Part shown: positions 15,566-30,480 of the stretch, in pieces
How positions within the stretch are numbered: the stretch's first letter is position 1
Layout of the letters: every line of letters begins with the position of its first letter
Assembly (NCBI RefSeq): GCF_000012465.1
Contig: NC_007335.2
Location: forward strand, 1,440,001-1,472,000
Origin: Prochlorococcus marinus str. NATL2A
GTDB lineage: Bacteria > Cyanobacteriota > Cyanobacteriia > PCC-6307 > Cyanobiaceae
Direction of reading: 5' to 3'
DNA length: 32,000 nucleotides
Made by a program: the position numbers and the translations under genes
The notes under the pieces: generated by a model
Database searches by the model: none
What the model was told of the DNA's origin: nothing
The model's input: the letters and a program-made list of their open reading frames with translations, nothing else

Positions 15566-15829
15566 TCAAAAAGAATGAGATCCAAACATATTGCCAATAT
15601 AAAGACGTGTTATCAATCTGGATCTGATGCCATTTTGAATTAGAAACCCTGCAAGCGCAGCTTGTAAAAGCCTGTATTGATCCCATTGGGGGTGTTTCTC
15701 AATGTAAACGTTCATCGCTTGTTGAATTTGCTTTGGTATTTCTGTTTGAAAACTAATTGTATCCTCAGATTCCAAAACATCCGAACTTTGAATCAAGCTT
15801 TTATCTTCCTTAAAATCAATATTTTTCAT
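15566..15829 (-). CDS. cyanobacterial DUF2811-like protein
   Basis: The C-terminal HPQWDQYRLLQAALAGFLIQNG motif is characteristic of this cyanobacteria-specific family, as I recall it. Confidence 0.7.
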   Translation of the reverse strand: MKNIDFKEDKSLIQSSDVLESEDTISFQTEIPKQIQQAMNVYIEKHPQWDQYRLLQAALAGFLIQNGIRSRLITRLYIGNMFGSHSF

Positions 15830-16132
15830 TTAAAAAGCTCTTAGAAAATTTAATCCATCATCAAACTACTATCAAAATCAGATCTGTAAAAAACACTTTC
15901 TCGGGCAGTCTCATTCTCAGATCAAGTACTCAACTGCTTTCCAAAAGAAGTTATAAGAATTACTTATTATTGGTATTAGACTTATTTGATAGGCAAATTT
16001 AAGTTATCAACCTCAGCTCTTTTCCACATTTAGCAGTTGTAACTTCATTAATCGAATTGATCCTGTGGAAAAGCTGTGAGATGAATCCAGTTAGATTTGG
16101 GGAAAAGTTGAAAAACTTTTAGTTAAGTTCTC

Positions 16133-16513
16133 TCACAAATAGTCTGAATCCCACATTGATCTCATTGCATTCACAACATTGTTAGTCACATGTCTAGGCC
16201 AATAGACCTCTGCTCCTCGATTAAACAGACCACTAGCACTCAAGATCAACCTGAGATTCCATCCATATTGATCACCATTCAAAATTGCCAACCAAGGCCT
16301 ACGTTCTAATTCCAAAGTTATATCCTCATCGCCCATTAATTGTTCCTTCACTAATTTGTATTGATCACACAATTCCATTACTACCTCAACTAAAATTTTC
16401 CATTCAGATTTATCCAACTCTATTGCCCATGTTTCCCCTCCTATAAGCGTAGAAAAGTTATCTCTTGAGGAATCAAAAATTATTCTCCAACCCGGACCTT
16501 CTTTTTTGATCAC
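16133..16513 (-). CDS. DUF1818-like protein, co-transcribed with rpoZ
   Basis: GTG start immediately after the rpoZ TAG. GPGWRIIFDS...GGETWAIELDKSEW...RPWLAI is typical of the cyanobacterial family found downstream of rpoZ. Confidence 0.7.
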   Translation of the reverse strand: MIKKEGPGWRIIFDSSRDNFSTLIGGETWAIELDKSEWKILVEVVMELCDQYKLVKEQLMGDEDITLELERRPWLAILNGDQYGWNLRLILSASGLFNRGAEVYWPRHVTNNVVNAMRSMWDSDYL

Positions 16514-16747
16514 CTAACCAGGTAATAAATCAGGTTGATCTTGTTCATCACTTAGTTCAATTATGGCTCTTTGTACTGGCTTAACTGTGGATTCTTCTAA
16601 AAGTCCATCAAAATCGTCAAATCTCCTTTGCTTTGCTCTAAAAGCAATCCTCACAGTAGTGAGGTAGCGATTAGTGGAGTGTCTGATGAGACTCTCGCCT
16701 CTTTTTGCTAAATCGTTGGAATTCAATCCTGAACCTGACTTGATCAC
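16514..16747 (-). CDS. rpoZ: DNA-directed RNA polymerase omega subunit
   Basis: [22 protein letters not shown]...[10 protein letters not shown] matches the cyanobacterial RpoZ core. GTG start. Confidence 0.85.
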   Translation of the reverse strand: MIKSGSGLNSNDLAKRGESLIRHSTNRYLTTVRIAFRAKQRRFDDFDGLLEESTVKPVQRAIIELSDEQDQPDLLPG

Positions 16748-16891
16748 ACTTAAAACTTTATTGATACTTTATTCTAGGAGAGAATCGTTCATTTCTATAT
16801 TTTTCATCAAATAATAAGTGTGATGTTAGTTTTTCTAGACTAACTTGTTACTGTTTGATTTTTGTTGCACCTATAAAAATGCACTAAAAAG

Positions 16892-18517
16892 ATGGAAAAA
16901 AATAACATTGATCAATTCGAAAACATCCTTCGACCTGAAATCAATAAAAATGTTTTTGGAACATTAGCCATCGATTTAGGAAGTTCAACAACAGTTGTTG
17001 TTTTTCAAAAAGAAAATGGGCAGCCTCCTGAACTTTTAGATCTACCTCCAATTAGTCGAGCGATTGGAGAGATACCAAGTTTAATTTGGAAGTCATCAGA
17101 AAAAGAAGAATCTTATTTAATTGGTCAACAAATTATAGATTTAAATCTCATTAATGAAAAAGAAAATAACTTAAGTCAAGATTTTAAAAGATGGATAGGA
17201 TCTAAGGAAATTGAACCTATATATGATTCAAAAATAACCCCAGAAAAAGCAGGTGAGATTTTAATTCACAGTATTTGGAATAAAGTCTCGCAGAAGGTCA
17301 ACATCAAAAGACTAGTATTAACTGCTCCAGTAGATACATATCGAGAATATAGAACTTGGTTAGTCAATGTATGTAATTCCTTAGAAGTAAAAGAAATTGC
17401 TTTAGTTGATGAACCCACTGCTGCTGCAATGGGAGCTGGACTGGAGCCTGGATCAACATTACTTGTTTTAGATTTTGGAGGAAGCACAATTGATATGTCA
17501 ATTGTTGCTTTAGAGGGAGGAGAAGGACAAGCTTCACCAATTGCACAGCTTGTTAGATTTGATGGCAATAATTTAGAGGGAAAAAGTACACAAGTTCTTC
17601 GCACCGCAAAAGTTCTAGGGAAATCAGGGCTTCGGTTAGGGGGGAAAGATATAGATAGATGGATAATTCATCATTTATTACCAGAAGAAAATCCAACCTA
17701 TTCAATCTTGCAAAAGGCCGAGGAGCTTAAATGTGAATTAAGCAATACTAATATAAAAGAGACATTGATTATCACTAAAAAAGTAAAAAATATTCAGAAT
17801 GAAGAAAAGTTTTTAAAATTATCTAAAAAAGGTCTTGAAGAATTACTTATAGAAAAAGGACTCCTAAAAAGTATTGAAAAGCTTTTCATTCAAACAATTA
17901 ATATCGCGAAACGAAATTCATTTGAATTAAAAGATCTTGATAGCGTTGTATTAGTCGGAGGAGGATCTCGCATACCTTTGATTAAAAATTATTTAAGTGA
18001 TATCTGTAATTCCATCCCTTTTTTGACCCCTCCACCTATAGAAGCAATTGCATTGGGAGCATTACACCTCACGCCGGGTGTTCAAATAAAAGATGTTCTT
18101 AACAAAGGGGTAAGTTTAAGATGCTGGAATAAAAAAAATGAAAAGCATATATGGCATCCTCTTTTTCTAGCAGGTCAGACATGGCCAACAAATAAGCCTT
18201 TAGAAATAATTTTAGCTGCAAGTATAAATAATCAATTAAGCATAGATTTAATCATTGGAGAACCTCAAGAAGAAGGGTCAAATGAGATTATTTATACTAA
18301 TGGATTACCCACTTTAACAACAATAGAATCCAAGGATAAAATCAAAAAAATAAATAATACTATTATTTCAATCCCTGTGGATCCTCCTGGTGAAATTGGT
18401 CAAGATTGTATTAAATTAATTTTTAATATTAATGATAATTGTCAACTTGAGGTTGAGGGTGTCGATTTACGTAATGATAAAGAGATAACAAAACAAAATC
18501 TTGGAGAGATAAGATAA
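16892..18517 (+). CDS. Hsp70-family ATPase lacking the helical lid (DnaK-like paralogue)
   Basis: Three nucleotide-binding motifs are present: AIDLGSSTTVV, LDFGGSTIDMSIV and VLVGGGSRIPLIK. A beta-sandwich-like C-terminal 145 aa follows. There is no lid or EEVD tail. Confidence 0.9.
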   Translation: MEKNNIDQFENILRPEINKNVFGTLAIDLGSSTTVVVFQKENGQPPELLDLPPISRAIGEIPSLIWKSSEKEESYLIGQQIIDLNLINEKENNLSQDFKRWIGSKEIEPIYDSKITPEKAGEILIHSIWNKVSQKVNIKRLVLTAPVDTYREYRTWLVNVCNSLEVKEIALVDEPTAAAMGAGLEPGSTLLVLDFGGSTIDMSIVALEGGEGQASPIAQLVRFDGNNLEGKSTQVLRTAKVLGKSGLRLGGKDIDRWIIHHLLPEENPTYSILQKAEELKCELSNTNIKETLIITKKVKNIQNEEKFLKLSKKGLEELLIEKGLLKSIEKLFIQTINIAKRNSFELKDLDSVVLVGGGSRIPLIKNYLSDICNSIPFLTPPPIEAIALGALHLTPGVQIKDVLNKGVSLRCWNKKNEKHIWHPLFLAGQTWPTNKPLEIILAASINNQLSIDLIIGEPQEEGSNEIIYTNGLPTLTTIESKDKIKKINNTIISIPVDPPGEIGQDCIKLIFNINDNCQLEVEGVDLRNDKEITKQNLGEIR

Positions 18518-18535
18518 TTTTTTATATTTTTTATC

Positions 18536-19090
18536 TTAATCATTCATAGTTTTCAAACAAAAGATATCCTCTTTACCATCAACTTCTCTCAATCTAAGAT
18601 CAATTATTTCATCTTTCATAGTTGGTGCTTTATTCCTACAAAACTCAGGTTGAATTCGAATGTCTCGGTGCTCCTATCTACCATAGAAAGAAGCGTAAAA
18701 CTTCTTTCCCATATCACATGAATATAGAGCTTCTAATGTAGCTTTGATCGTTTTTCTGTGAATATAACATCATCAATTAAGACGATCTCTCTATCATCAA
18801 CTCAACAGGGTAACTCAGTCACTTGAGCAAAGCGAGTGCCTATCCTCGCAAGATTAAATATGAGAAGTAGGATCTAAACAACCATTCTCAATTGGCCCAC
18901 CAGAAAGTTCCTCTAAATATTTTGCTAATAATTTATACAAATAAACTCCCCCTGCTTGGTATTCCAATAAGCAAAAAAGAACTAATATTTGCAATGTTTT
19001 CCAAGATTTGAGAAGCCAATCTTTTTATGGTTCTCTCAAGTTCTTTTTTTGAGAGGATTTCTATTTCTTTTTTATGGCTTCGTCTGACAT
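18536..19090 (-). pseudogene. pyrR: pyrR (pyrimidine operon regulator / uracil phosphoribosyltransferase) pseudogene
   Basis: Stitching the frames gives MSDEAIKK/EIEILSKKELERTIKRLASQILEN...LLIGIPSRG/VYLYKLLAKYLEELSGGPIENGCLDPT.../VDDREIVLIDDVIFT/KTIKATLEAL...GR*EHRDIRIQPEFCRNKAPTMKDEIIDLRLREVD. This is collinear with B. subtilis PyrR. It contains at least 3 homopolymer frameshifts and 2 in-frame stops. The track shows no ORF over 60 aa here. Confidence 0.8.
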
Positions 19091-19206
19091 TTTTAAAGTC
19101 ATAAAATTTTATTTTTTCTTTGGAATAGCTGCAATAATTTTTTAATCTAATAGGGAAAAGCTAACCAAACATCAAAGTATTAGCCTCTTTGCCAATTAGG
19201 AAGTAA

Positions 19207-20877
<1,671 letters not shown>

Positions 20878-20886
20878 ATAAAATCA

Positions 20887-21117
20887 ATGATCATTCCTTT
20901 TTTATCATGGATATGGGCAATTTCAGGAGTTTTTCTAATACTATTAGTTCTTCTTCACAGCCCAAAAGGTGATGGAATGGGTGGTCTAGCCTCCAGTGGC
21001 AGCTCAATGTTCACTAGTGCCAGCAGTGCAGAATCTACCTTAAATAGAGCCACTTGGGCATGTCTTATTTTATTTTTATCCCTTGCTGTTATTATTAGCG
21101 CAGGATGGTTAAAATAA
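20887..21117 (+). CDS. secG: preprotein translocase subunit SecG
   Basis: 76 aa with two TM helices flanking LLHSPKGDGMGG...S, typical of SecG. Confidence 0.9.
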   Translation: MIIPFLSWIWAISGVFLILLVLLHSPKGDGMGGLASSGSSMFTSASSAESTLNRATWACLILFLSLAVIISAGWLK

Positions 21118-21222
21118 ATTTATAAAAATTATTTTTTTTTGCAACCTTAATCAATAGTTTTATTTAGCTAACTTTAAAGAATTACATTAATAATTAAATA
21201 TTATATGTATAAGTTTTCAATC

Positions 21223-21260
21223 AAAAAAGAGAGACTGTAAAGACAATCTCTCTTTTTTTT
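21223..21260. terminator. bidirectional rho-independent terminator between secG and groEL
   Basis: A6, then AGAGAGACTGT-aaag-ACAATCTCTCT (10 of 11 bp paired), then T7-8. Confidence 0.7.
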
Positions 21261-21284
21261 GTTTAATTGAAGGAGAATGATTAT

Positions 21285-22931
<1,647 letters not shown>

Positions 22932-22978
22932 TTAATTTCGAAAAGTTTTTTGGTTTGGACTTCAGCAAAAGCTGAGTA

Positions 22979-23290
22979 TTAGTTGACGACAGCAAGAATG
23001 TCTTTCTCAGAGAGAAGTACATATTCATCGCTGCCAAGTTTGATATCAGTACCTGCGTACTTACTGTAGAGAACCTTGTCTCCAACACTTACTTCAGGAG
23101 ATTGACGAGAACCATCCTCGTTTCGTTTTCCTGGACCAACCTGAGCAACTTCACCGACTTGAGGTTTCTCTTTAGCAGTGTCAGGAAGCAAAATACCCCC
23201 CGCAGTCTTCTCTTCTGATTCAGAAACTTTTACAAATACACGATCTCCAAGTGGCTTGACAGTGGAGACGCTGAGAGATACAGCTGCCAT
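22979..23290 (-). CDS. groES: co-chaperonin GroES
   Basis: 103 aa. [11 protein letters not shown]...TAGGILLPD...GEV..VG.G is typical of GroES. Confidence 0.98.
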
Positions 23291-23454
23291 AAATTAATGC
23301 AGTAGCAAAAAAAAACAAAAGCGCTTAGCGCAGACTCGATAAAGAGTATTACTCATTACCAACGGTATTAATTTATGCATCTAAGTACGCTCTAGACCAC
23401 ATATATTCTGTGCGGTTGACCGAACACTAAAAAAAAATGCCTGTGGAGTGGTAG

Positions 23455-24981
<1,527 letters not shown>

Positions 24982-25039
24982 ATTAATTTGTTTTGTTTAA
25001 TTACCTCAACTCAACGTTTTTTTTTAAATTCCTCAAGAA

Positions 25040-25447
25040 ATGACTCTTACTCTACGAGTTCTTGCTCCTGATCAGAGCGTATTTGACGATACTGCTGATG
25101 AAATAATACTTCCGAGCACTACAGGGCTTTTGGGGGTATTACCTGGTCACATTTCAATGGTTACTGCTATTGATTTTGGTGTATTGAGGGTTTTAAAAAA
25201 TGGGAATTGGGACTCAATAGCCTTAACTGGAGGTTTTGCAGAAGTTGAATCTAACGAAGTTACCGTTTTAGTAAATAAAGCTGAAATGGGGAAAAATATT
25301 GACTCTGGCAAAGCTGAAGCTGAATTAGAAAAAGCTAAAAATCAACTAAGCCAAAACAAGGATCAGGGTAATTCTCCTGAAAAAATCAAAGCACAAGAAA
25401 CATTGAACAAAGCAAAAGCTTGGTTTCAAGCATCAAAATCAGACTAA
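25040..25447 (+). CDS. atpC: ATP synthase F1 epsilon subunit
   Basis: 135 aa, directly downstream of atpD. LRVLAPD...ILPSTTG.LGVLPGH is typical of epsilon. Confidence 0.95.
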   Translation: MTLTLRVLAPDQSVFDDTADEIILPSTTGLLGVLPGHISMVTAIDFGVLRVLKNGNWDSIALTGGFAEVESNEVTVLVNKAEMGKNIDSGKAEAELEKAKNQLSQNKDQGNSPEKIKAQETLNKAKAWFQASKSD

Positions 25448-25467
25448 GGTTTTTAAAAGAATTTTTC

Positions 25468-25498
25468 CCTTGAATAAAAATTTTTGTTCAAGGTTTTT

Positions 25499-25500
<2 letters not shown>
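25468..25500 (+). terminator. rho-independent terminator after atpC
   Basis: CCTTGAA-(12 nt loop)-TTCAAGG followed by T7. The T-tract overlaps the stop codon of the convergent PSRP-3 gene. Confidence 0.65.
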
Positions 25501-26008
<508 letters not shown>

Positions 26009-26168
26009 TCAACTAACTAACAAAGTACTAACTTAACAGGAACTAGGACCTATTTGAATTACAAAGGTCGGAATCCAAAAGCTTTTCTAATATTCGACAG
26101 TGATGGAATTATTAAAGAAGAAAAATATATGGTTAGATTCATTCAAGAAATCATTCAAAGAGTTTCAA

Positions 26169-27521
26169 CTAACATTCCATATCTATCAAATCCTTAGCTG
26201 CTTTACAACTCAATACTTCAACAGAATCTTCTGTAACCAAAACATCATCCTCGATACGAATTCCAATACCTTTCCATCTTTTGTCTATCTCAGGCTGCCC
26301 TTTGGGAACCGCTAACCGATCACTTATATAAATTCCAGGTTCAACCGTTAAAACCATCCCAGGTTCAAGATTCAAATGATAGTCACCAAGTCTATATGCA
26401 CCTACATCATGGACATCAAGTCCTAACCAATGCCCTGTTCGATGCATGTACAAATGCGAGTAAGCTTGTTGTTCAATAATAGAATCAACATCGCCAACAA
26501 GTAAGCCAATATCGACTAACCCGCCAACTAGATGTTTTAAGGCAGTCATATGTACGTTCTCAGCATTATCACCTGGTCGAACACAATCAATTGCAGCTTT
26601 TTGAGAACTTAGAACAATTTCATATATAGCTTTTTGCTCTCCAGAAAACCTTCCATTAACTGGAAAGGTTCTTGTTATGTCACCATTGTAATAGTCATCT
26701 AAAGAGCAACCTGCATCTATCAAAACAAGGTCCCCATTCTTTATGGGTGAATTGTTTTCCGTGTAATGAAGCACGCATGCATTATCACCTGATGCAACTA
26801 TTGAGCCATAAGCAGGTCCTCGAGTCCCCTTCTCAAGAAAGTATTTTTCTATCTGCGCTTGTAAATCTCTCTCATTCATTCCTGGACGAGCAAATTCTCT
26901 AACTAATTCATGAGCCTCTGCAGAAATTTGTGATGCAATACGCATCCTTTCTATTTCAAAATCGTCCTTACGAAGTCTCATATCGTGAAGTATTGGACAA
27001 GGCGCAATCATGGATAATGGGGCTAAACCACTTCTTGGAAGTTTTTGTAAATGCTCCGACCAAGTTTTTAGAACCAAAGGTTCTATGTTCGGATGCTTCC
27101 CAATTCGAAAAGCAATTCCCTCTGCCCCCTCTAAATAATGAGCTAAAAGGCTTGGTAATTCATTCAAAGAGTGGGCTAAATCAACATCAAAATTATCTAA
27201 AACTCCTTTTGTTCCCCATCTAAAGCCTGTCCAAACCTCTGCCGCAGACTCTTTAGGTAAGACGAATAATACGTATTGTTCTCCTTTGGGTTTATGAGGC
27301 AAAAATAAAGCCACTGCATTTGGCTCATCAAAACCAGTTAAATACCAAAAGTCGCTATTTTGTCTGAAAGGATATTCGCAATCTGCGTGATGAGTAACTA
27401 ACTCTCCAGCTGGAACAATAGCCGCATACGAACCTAAACCTGACAAAAACGAGTCTCTACGGCGATGAAAAACACTTGAATCAGCCACAAAAATAATCCT
27501 ATTTACACTTAAGGATGGCAA
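26169..27521 (-). CDS. pepP: Xaa-Pro aminopeptidase (M24B, aminopeptidase P)
   Basis: N-terminal AMP_N-like FRQNSDFWYLTGF. Metal ligands in the LIDAG...YNGDITRT...HGTGHWLGLDVHD...EPG...IRIED context. The track start is TTG, and the true start is uncertain. Confidence 0.9.
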   Translation of the reverse strand: MPSLSVNRIIFVADSSVFHRRRDSFLSGLGSYAAIVPAGELVTHHADCEYPFRQNSDFWYLTGFDEPNAVALFLPHKPKGEQYVLFVLPKESAAEVWTGFRWGTKGVLDNFDVDLAHSLNELPSLLAHYLEGAEGIAFRIGKHPNIEPLVLKTWSEHLQKLPRSGLAPLSMIAPCPILHDMRLRKDDFEIERMRIASQISAEAHELVREFARPGMNERDLQAQIEKYFLEKGTRGPAYGSIVASGDNACVLHYTENNSPIKNGDLVLIDAGCSLDDYYNGDITRTFPVNGRFSGEQKAIYEIVLSSQKAAIDCVRPGDNAENVHMTALKHLVGGLVDIGLLVGDVDSIIEQQAYSHLYMHRTGHWLGLDVHDVGAYRLGDYHLNLEPGMVLTVEPGIYISDRLAVPKGQPEIDKRWKGIGIRIEDDVLVTEDSVEVLSCKAAKDLIDMEC

Positions 27522-27584
27522 GAGATCTAACTTAGTGGAAAAATAAAAGCAAAAGATCCTTACTCTTTAAAAAATCTTTAGAGG

Positions 27585-28577
27585 ATGAGCCAAGACATTC
27601 TGCTTTTAACTGCTCTTGTTGCAGTTATTTTAATGGGTTCTGCAATGTGCTCAGGGATTGAAGCAGCATTATTAGCAGTTAACCCATTACGCGTACATGA
27701 GCTCGCAAGGAGAAAGCCCAAAGTACTTGGAGCTAGAAGATTAGAAAAATTACGCCACAGAATTGGAAGGACTTTAACTGTAGTAACAATTGCAAATAAC
27801 AGTTTCAATATTTTTGGAAGTTTGATGGTTGGAAGCTACGCAACTTACATATTTCAAGATCGAATAGGAAATGTAAAACCAATATTTTTTGTTGGCCTAA
27901 CTATTCTTGTTTTACTTCTTGGAGAAATTGTTCCCAAAGCTCTCGGCACAAGACTTGCATTGCAAATCAGTTTAACAAGCGCTCCTGTCCTTGATTTCTT
28001 AAGCATAGTTATGCGTCCACTGCTAATAGTTCTTGAACGTCTACTACCAATTATCACTGCCAAGAGCGAGCTAACAACAGACGAAGAAGAAATAAGACAG
28101 ATGGCCAGACTTGGATCTCAAATAGGTCAAATAGAAGCTGATGAGGCTGCAATGATATCCAAAGTTTTCCAGCTAAATGATCTTACTGCTAAAGATTTGA
28201 TGACTCCACGAGTTGCCGCTCCAACACTTCCAGGAAGAGTTTCTTTGCAATCTGTCAAATCAAACTTATTAGAAAATAATGCAACATGGTGGGTAGTATT
28301 AGGTGAAGAAGTAGACAAGGTTGTTGGAGTTGCTAACCGTGAAAAGTTATTAGCCTCTTTACTTCAAGGAGACTCTCATTTAACTCCTTATGATCTAAGC
28401 GAGAATGTAGAGTTTGTACCCGAAATGATTCGAGTAGATAGACTACTTCTTGGTTTTAATGAAGACAAAAATGGAGTTAGAGTTGTGGTAGATGAGTTTG
28501 GTGGATTTGTTGGTTTAATAGGAGCAGAAGCTGTATTGGCAGTTTTAGCTGGTTGGTGGAGGAAGTCAAATAAATGA
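27585..28577 (+). CDS. CNNM/DUF21 transmembrane domain plus CBS-pair protein (HlyC/CorC-related, no CorC C-terminal domain)
   Basis: Four TM helices with GEIVPKALG, then a CBS pair (LTAKDLMTPR...). 330 aa. Confidence 0.85.
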   Translation: MSQDILLLTALVAVILMGSAMCSGIEAALLAVNPLRVHELARRKPKVLGARRLEKLRHRIGRTLTVVTIANNSFNIFGSLMVGSYATYIFQDRIGNVKPIFFVGLTILVLLLGEIVPKALGTRLALQISLTSAPVLDFLSIVMRPLLIVLERLLPIITAKSELTTDEEEIRQMARLGSQIGQIEADEAAMISKVFQLNDLTAKDLMTPRVAAPTLPGRVSLQSVKSNLLENNATWWVVLGEEVDKVVGVANREKLLASLLQGDSHLTPYDLSENVEFVPEMIRVDRLLLGFNEDKNGVRVVVDEFGGFVGLIGAEAVLAVLAGWWRKSNK

Positions 28578-29896
28578 TTTACCAAAGAGATATAGCTACA
28601 AAATGCAAGTTTTTACTTGGTCAATGGAAAGAGAACTTAAATCTCACTAATTACGAAAGAACAAAATTTGAAGACACTTTAAATCAACTTGATTTTCAAA
28701 TAAATAAATTAGAGAAAAAAGAACTACAGATATCAGTGCATGGCAGAGTAGGAGTTGGCAAATCAAGCTTATTAAATGCATTAATTGAAAAGCAAGTATT
28801 TCCAACTGATATAATTAATGGTAATACAAAAACCAGTAAATCTTATAAATGGGACGAAAGATTTCAAGGCTTAAATAAGGTTGAGCTAATCGACTCTCCC
28901 GGCATAGATGAAATAAATAATTCTAATAAAGAAGAAATAAATTTTAATACTGTCCTAGACACAGATTTAATACTTTATGTAATTGATAGTGATATAACGA
29001 GAGTCGATATGAACTCCATTGAAGATCTATTAAGGCATAACAAACCAATACTAATAGTCTTAAATCGTTGTGATCAATGGAATAGAAGAGAAACAAAACT
29101 AATACTCTCAAGTGTTCACAGAAAATTATCATTTTGCAAACAAAAGGTTAAAATCGCTCTAGTATCCTCATCTCCAAGGAAAGCAAAAATAAAACCAGAC
29201 GGAACTATTAGGAGTGAGAAAACAATCCCTAAAGTTGATATTCTCAAAAATGAACTTAAAGATATTATCGACCAAAGTGGTGATTTTTTTCTTTGTATAA
29301 ATACTTTAAGAATTGCAGACCGATTCTATAACTTACTCAAAGAGAATCGACTACTGAAAAAGAAAAAAGAAGCACAAAATTTAATCGGCAGATATGCAAC
29401 TTTAAAAGCCTCAGGGGTAGCACTTAATCCCTTCTTAATGATTGATCTTATTACCGGTCTAGCTTTTGATAGTTCTCTTATTATTCAACTAAGTAAATTA
29501 TATGGGTTAGAAGTAGGTGGCCCCACCGCCAGGCAATTAGTAAAAAAGCTTAGTTTCCAAAATTCATTATTAGGGGGTGCGCAGATAGGAATACAAATTA
29601 CTTTAAATATTCTCAAGCAAATAATGATATTTGCAGCACCTCTGACTGGAGGATTAAGCCTTGCTCCCACTGCTCCTATAGCCATTGCTCAAGCAGCTCT
29701 TGCTATTCATGCGACAAAACTTATAGGTCGTCTCGCAGCTTATAAATTTCTAATGGGGACAAGTAGAAATGATGGCAGGCCTCGATTAATGTTGAAATAT
29801 CTTCTCAAAAACAACTCAGACTTTAGAATAATGATTGGTGACTTTAAATTTCTTACATCAAGTACGGAAAAAAATAAAAATTATTTGTTGCCATGA
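28574..29896 (+). CDS. GTP-binding protein with C-terminal DUF697-like membrane-associated domain
   Basis: G1 GRVGVGKSSLLNAL, G3 DSPG, G4 NRCD. Hydrophobic C-terminal half. The ATG overlaps the upstream stop (ATGA). Confidence 0.8.
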   Translation: MIYQRDIATKCKFLLGQWKENLNLTNYERTKFEDTLNQLDFQINKLEKKELQISVHGRVGVGKSSLLNALIEKQVFPTDIINGNTKTSKSYKWDERFQGLNKVELIDSPGIDEINNSNKEEINFNTVLDTDLILYVIDSDITRVDMNSIEDLLRHNKPILIVLNRCDQWNRRETKLILSSVHRKLSFCKQKVKIALVSSSPRKAKIKPDGTIRSEKTIPKVDILKNELKDIIDQSGDFFLCINTLRIADRFYNLLKENRLLKKKKEAQNLIGRYATLKASGVALNPFLMIDLITGLAFDSSLIIQLSKLYGLEVGGPTARQLVKKLSFQNSLLGGAQIGIQITLNILKQIMIFAAPLTGGLSLAPTAPIAIAQAALAIHATKLIGRLAAYKFLMGTSRNDGRPRLMLKYLLKNNSDFRIMIGDFKFLTSSTEKNKNYLLP

Positions 29897-30480
29897 AACT
29901 CAAAAATAATTCAATAGCTTTATTTGGTACAAGTGCTGATCCACCTACTCTTGGTCACGAGGCCTTATTAAGTGAATTAACAAAAATCTTCCCAAAGGTT
30001 ATAACTTGGGCAAGTGATAACCCTGATAAAAACCATCAAATTCCACTTTTGAAAAGGACTCAGCTTTTAAGGATTCTGGTAAAAAAAATCTCGCATCCTA
30101 AATTAGAACTAGTTCAAGAATTGAGTAGCCCTAGGACAATTCATACTCTAAAAAAAGCTTTCCAACTATGGCCTGAAGCGAGTTTTAGTTTTGTAATTGG
30201 TAGTGATTTGGCTATGCATGTTCCAAAGTGGCTTAATGCTAAGTCTATTCTCAGCAAGGTAAGAATAGCTATCGCGATGAGAGATGGATGGCCAATTAGC
30301 GATGTACAGCTAGCCGAAATTAAAAAGCTTGGCGGCAAAATTGAGATATTACCTTTTACAATACCTGAATCATCAAGTTCAAAATTTAGAGAGAGACCTC
30401 AAAAAGTACTTATTCCTAAGGAGCTTGTCCCATTACTGCTTGAAGAGAATCTATACGGTCTAGCAGATAACAGAAAATGA
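29893..30480 (+). CDS. nadD: nicotinate-nucleotide adenylyltransferase
   Basis: ALFGTSADPPTLGHEAL corresponds to the (H/T)xGH nucleotidyltransferase motif. 195 aa. ATGA overlap with the upstream gene. Confidence 0.88.
   Translation: MKLKNNSIALFGTSADPPTLGHEALLSELTKIFPKVITWASDNPDKNHQIPLLKRTQLLRILVKKISHPKLELVQELSSPRTIHTLKKAFQLWPEASFSFVIGSDLAMHVPKWLNAKSILSKVRIAIAMRDGWPISDVQLAEIKKLGGKIEILPFTIPESSSSKFRERPQKVLIPKELVPLLLEENLYGLADNRK

Noticed and set aside
17266-17604. Minus-strand ORFs 17266..17604 and 17364..17546 inside the Hsp70-like gene
   Set aside because: These are shadow ORFs antisense to a gene with clear Hsp70 motifs.
23291-23400. CIRCE operator upstream of groES
   Set aside because: I could not find TTAGCACTC-N9-GAGTGCTAA or a close variant. 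Only short palindromes are present (GCGCTTAGCGC at 23321-23331, GAGTAATACTC on the minus strand), and these are not CIRCE.
26100-27223. Plus-strand ORFs 26100..26315, 26672..26902 and 26930..27223
   Set aside because: They are antisense to pepP, or span its 3' end. No motifs are present.
27578-29685. Minus-strand ORFs 27578..27808, 27854..28063, 28127..28318, 28388..28585, 28944..29132 and 29485..29685
   Set aside because: All lie antisense within the CNNM and GTPase genes.
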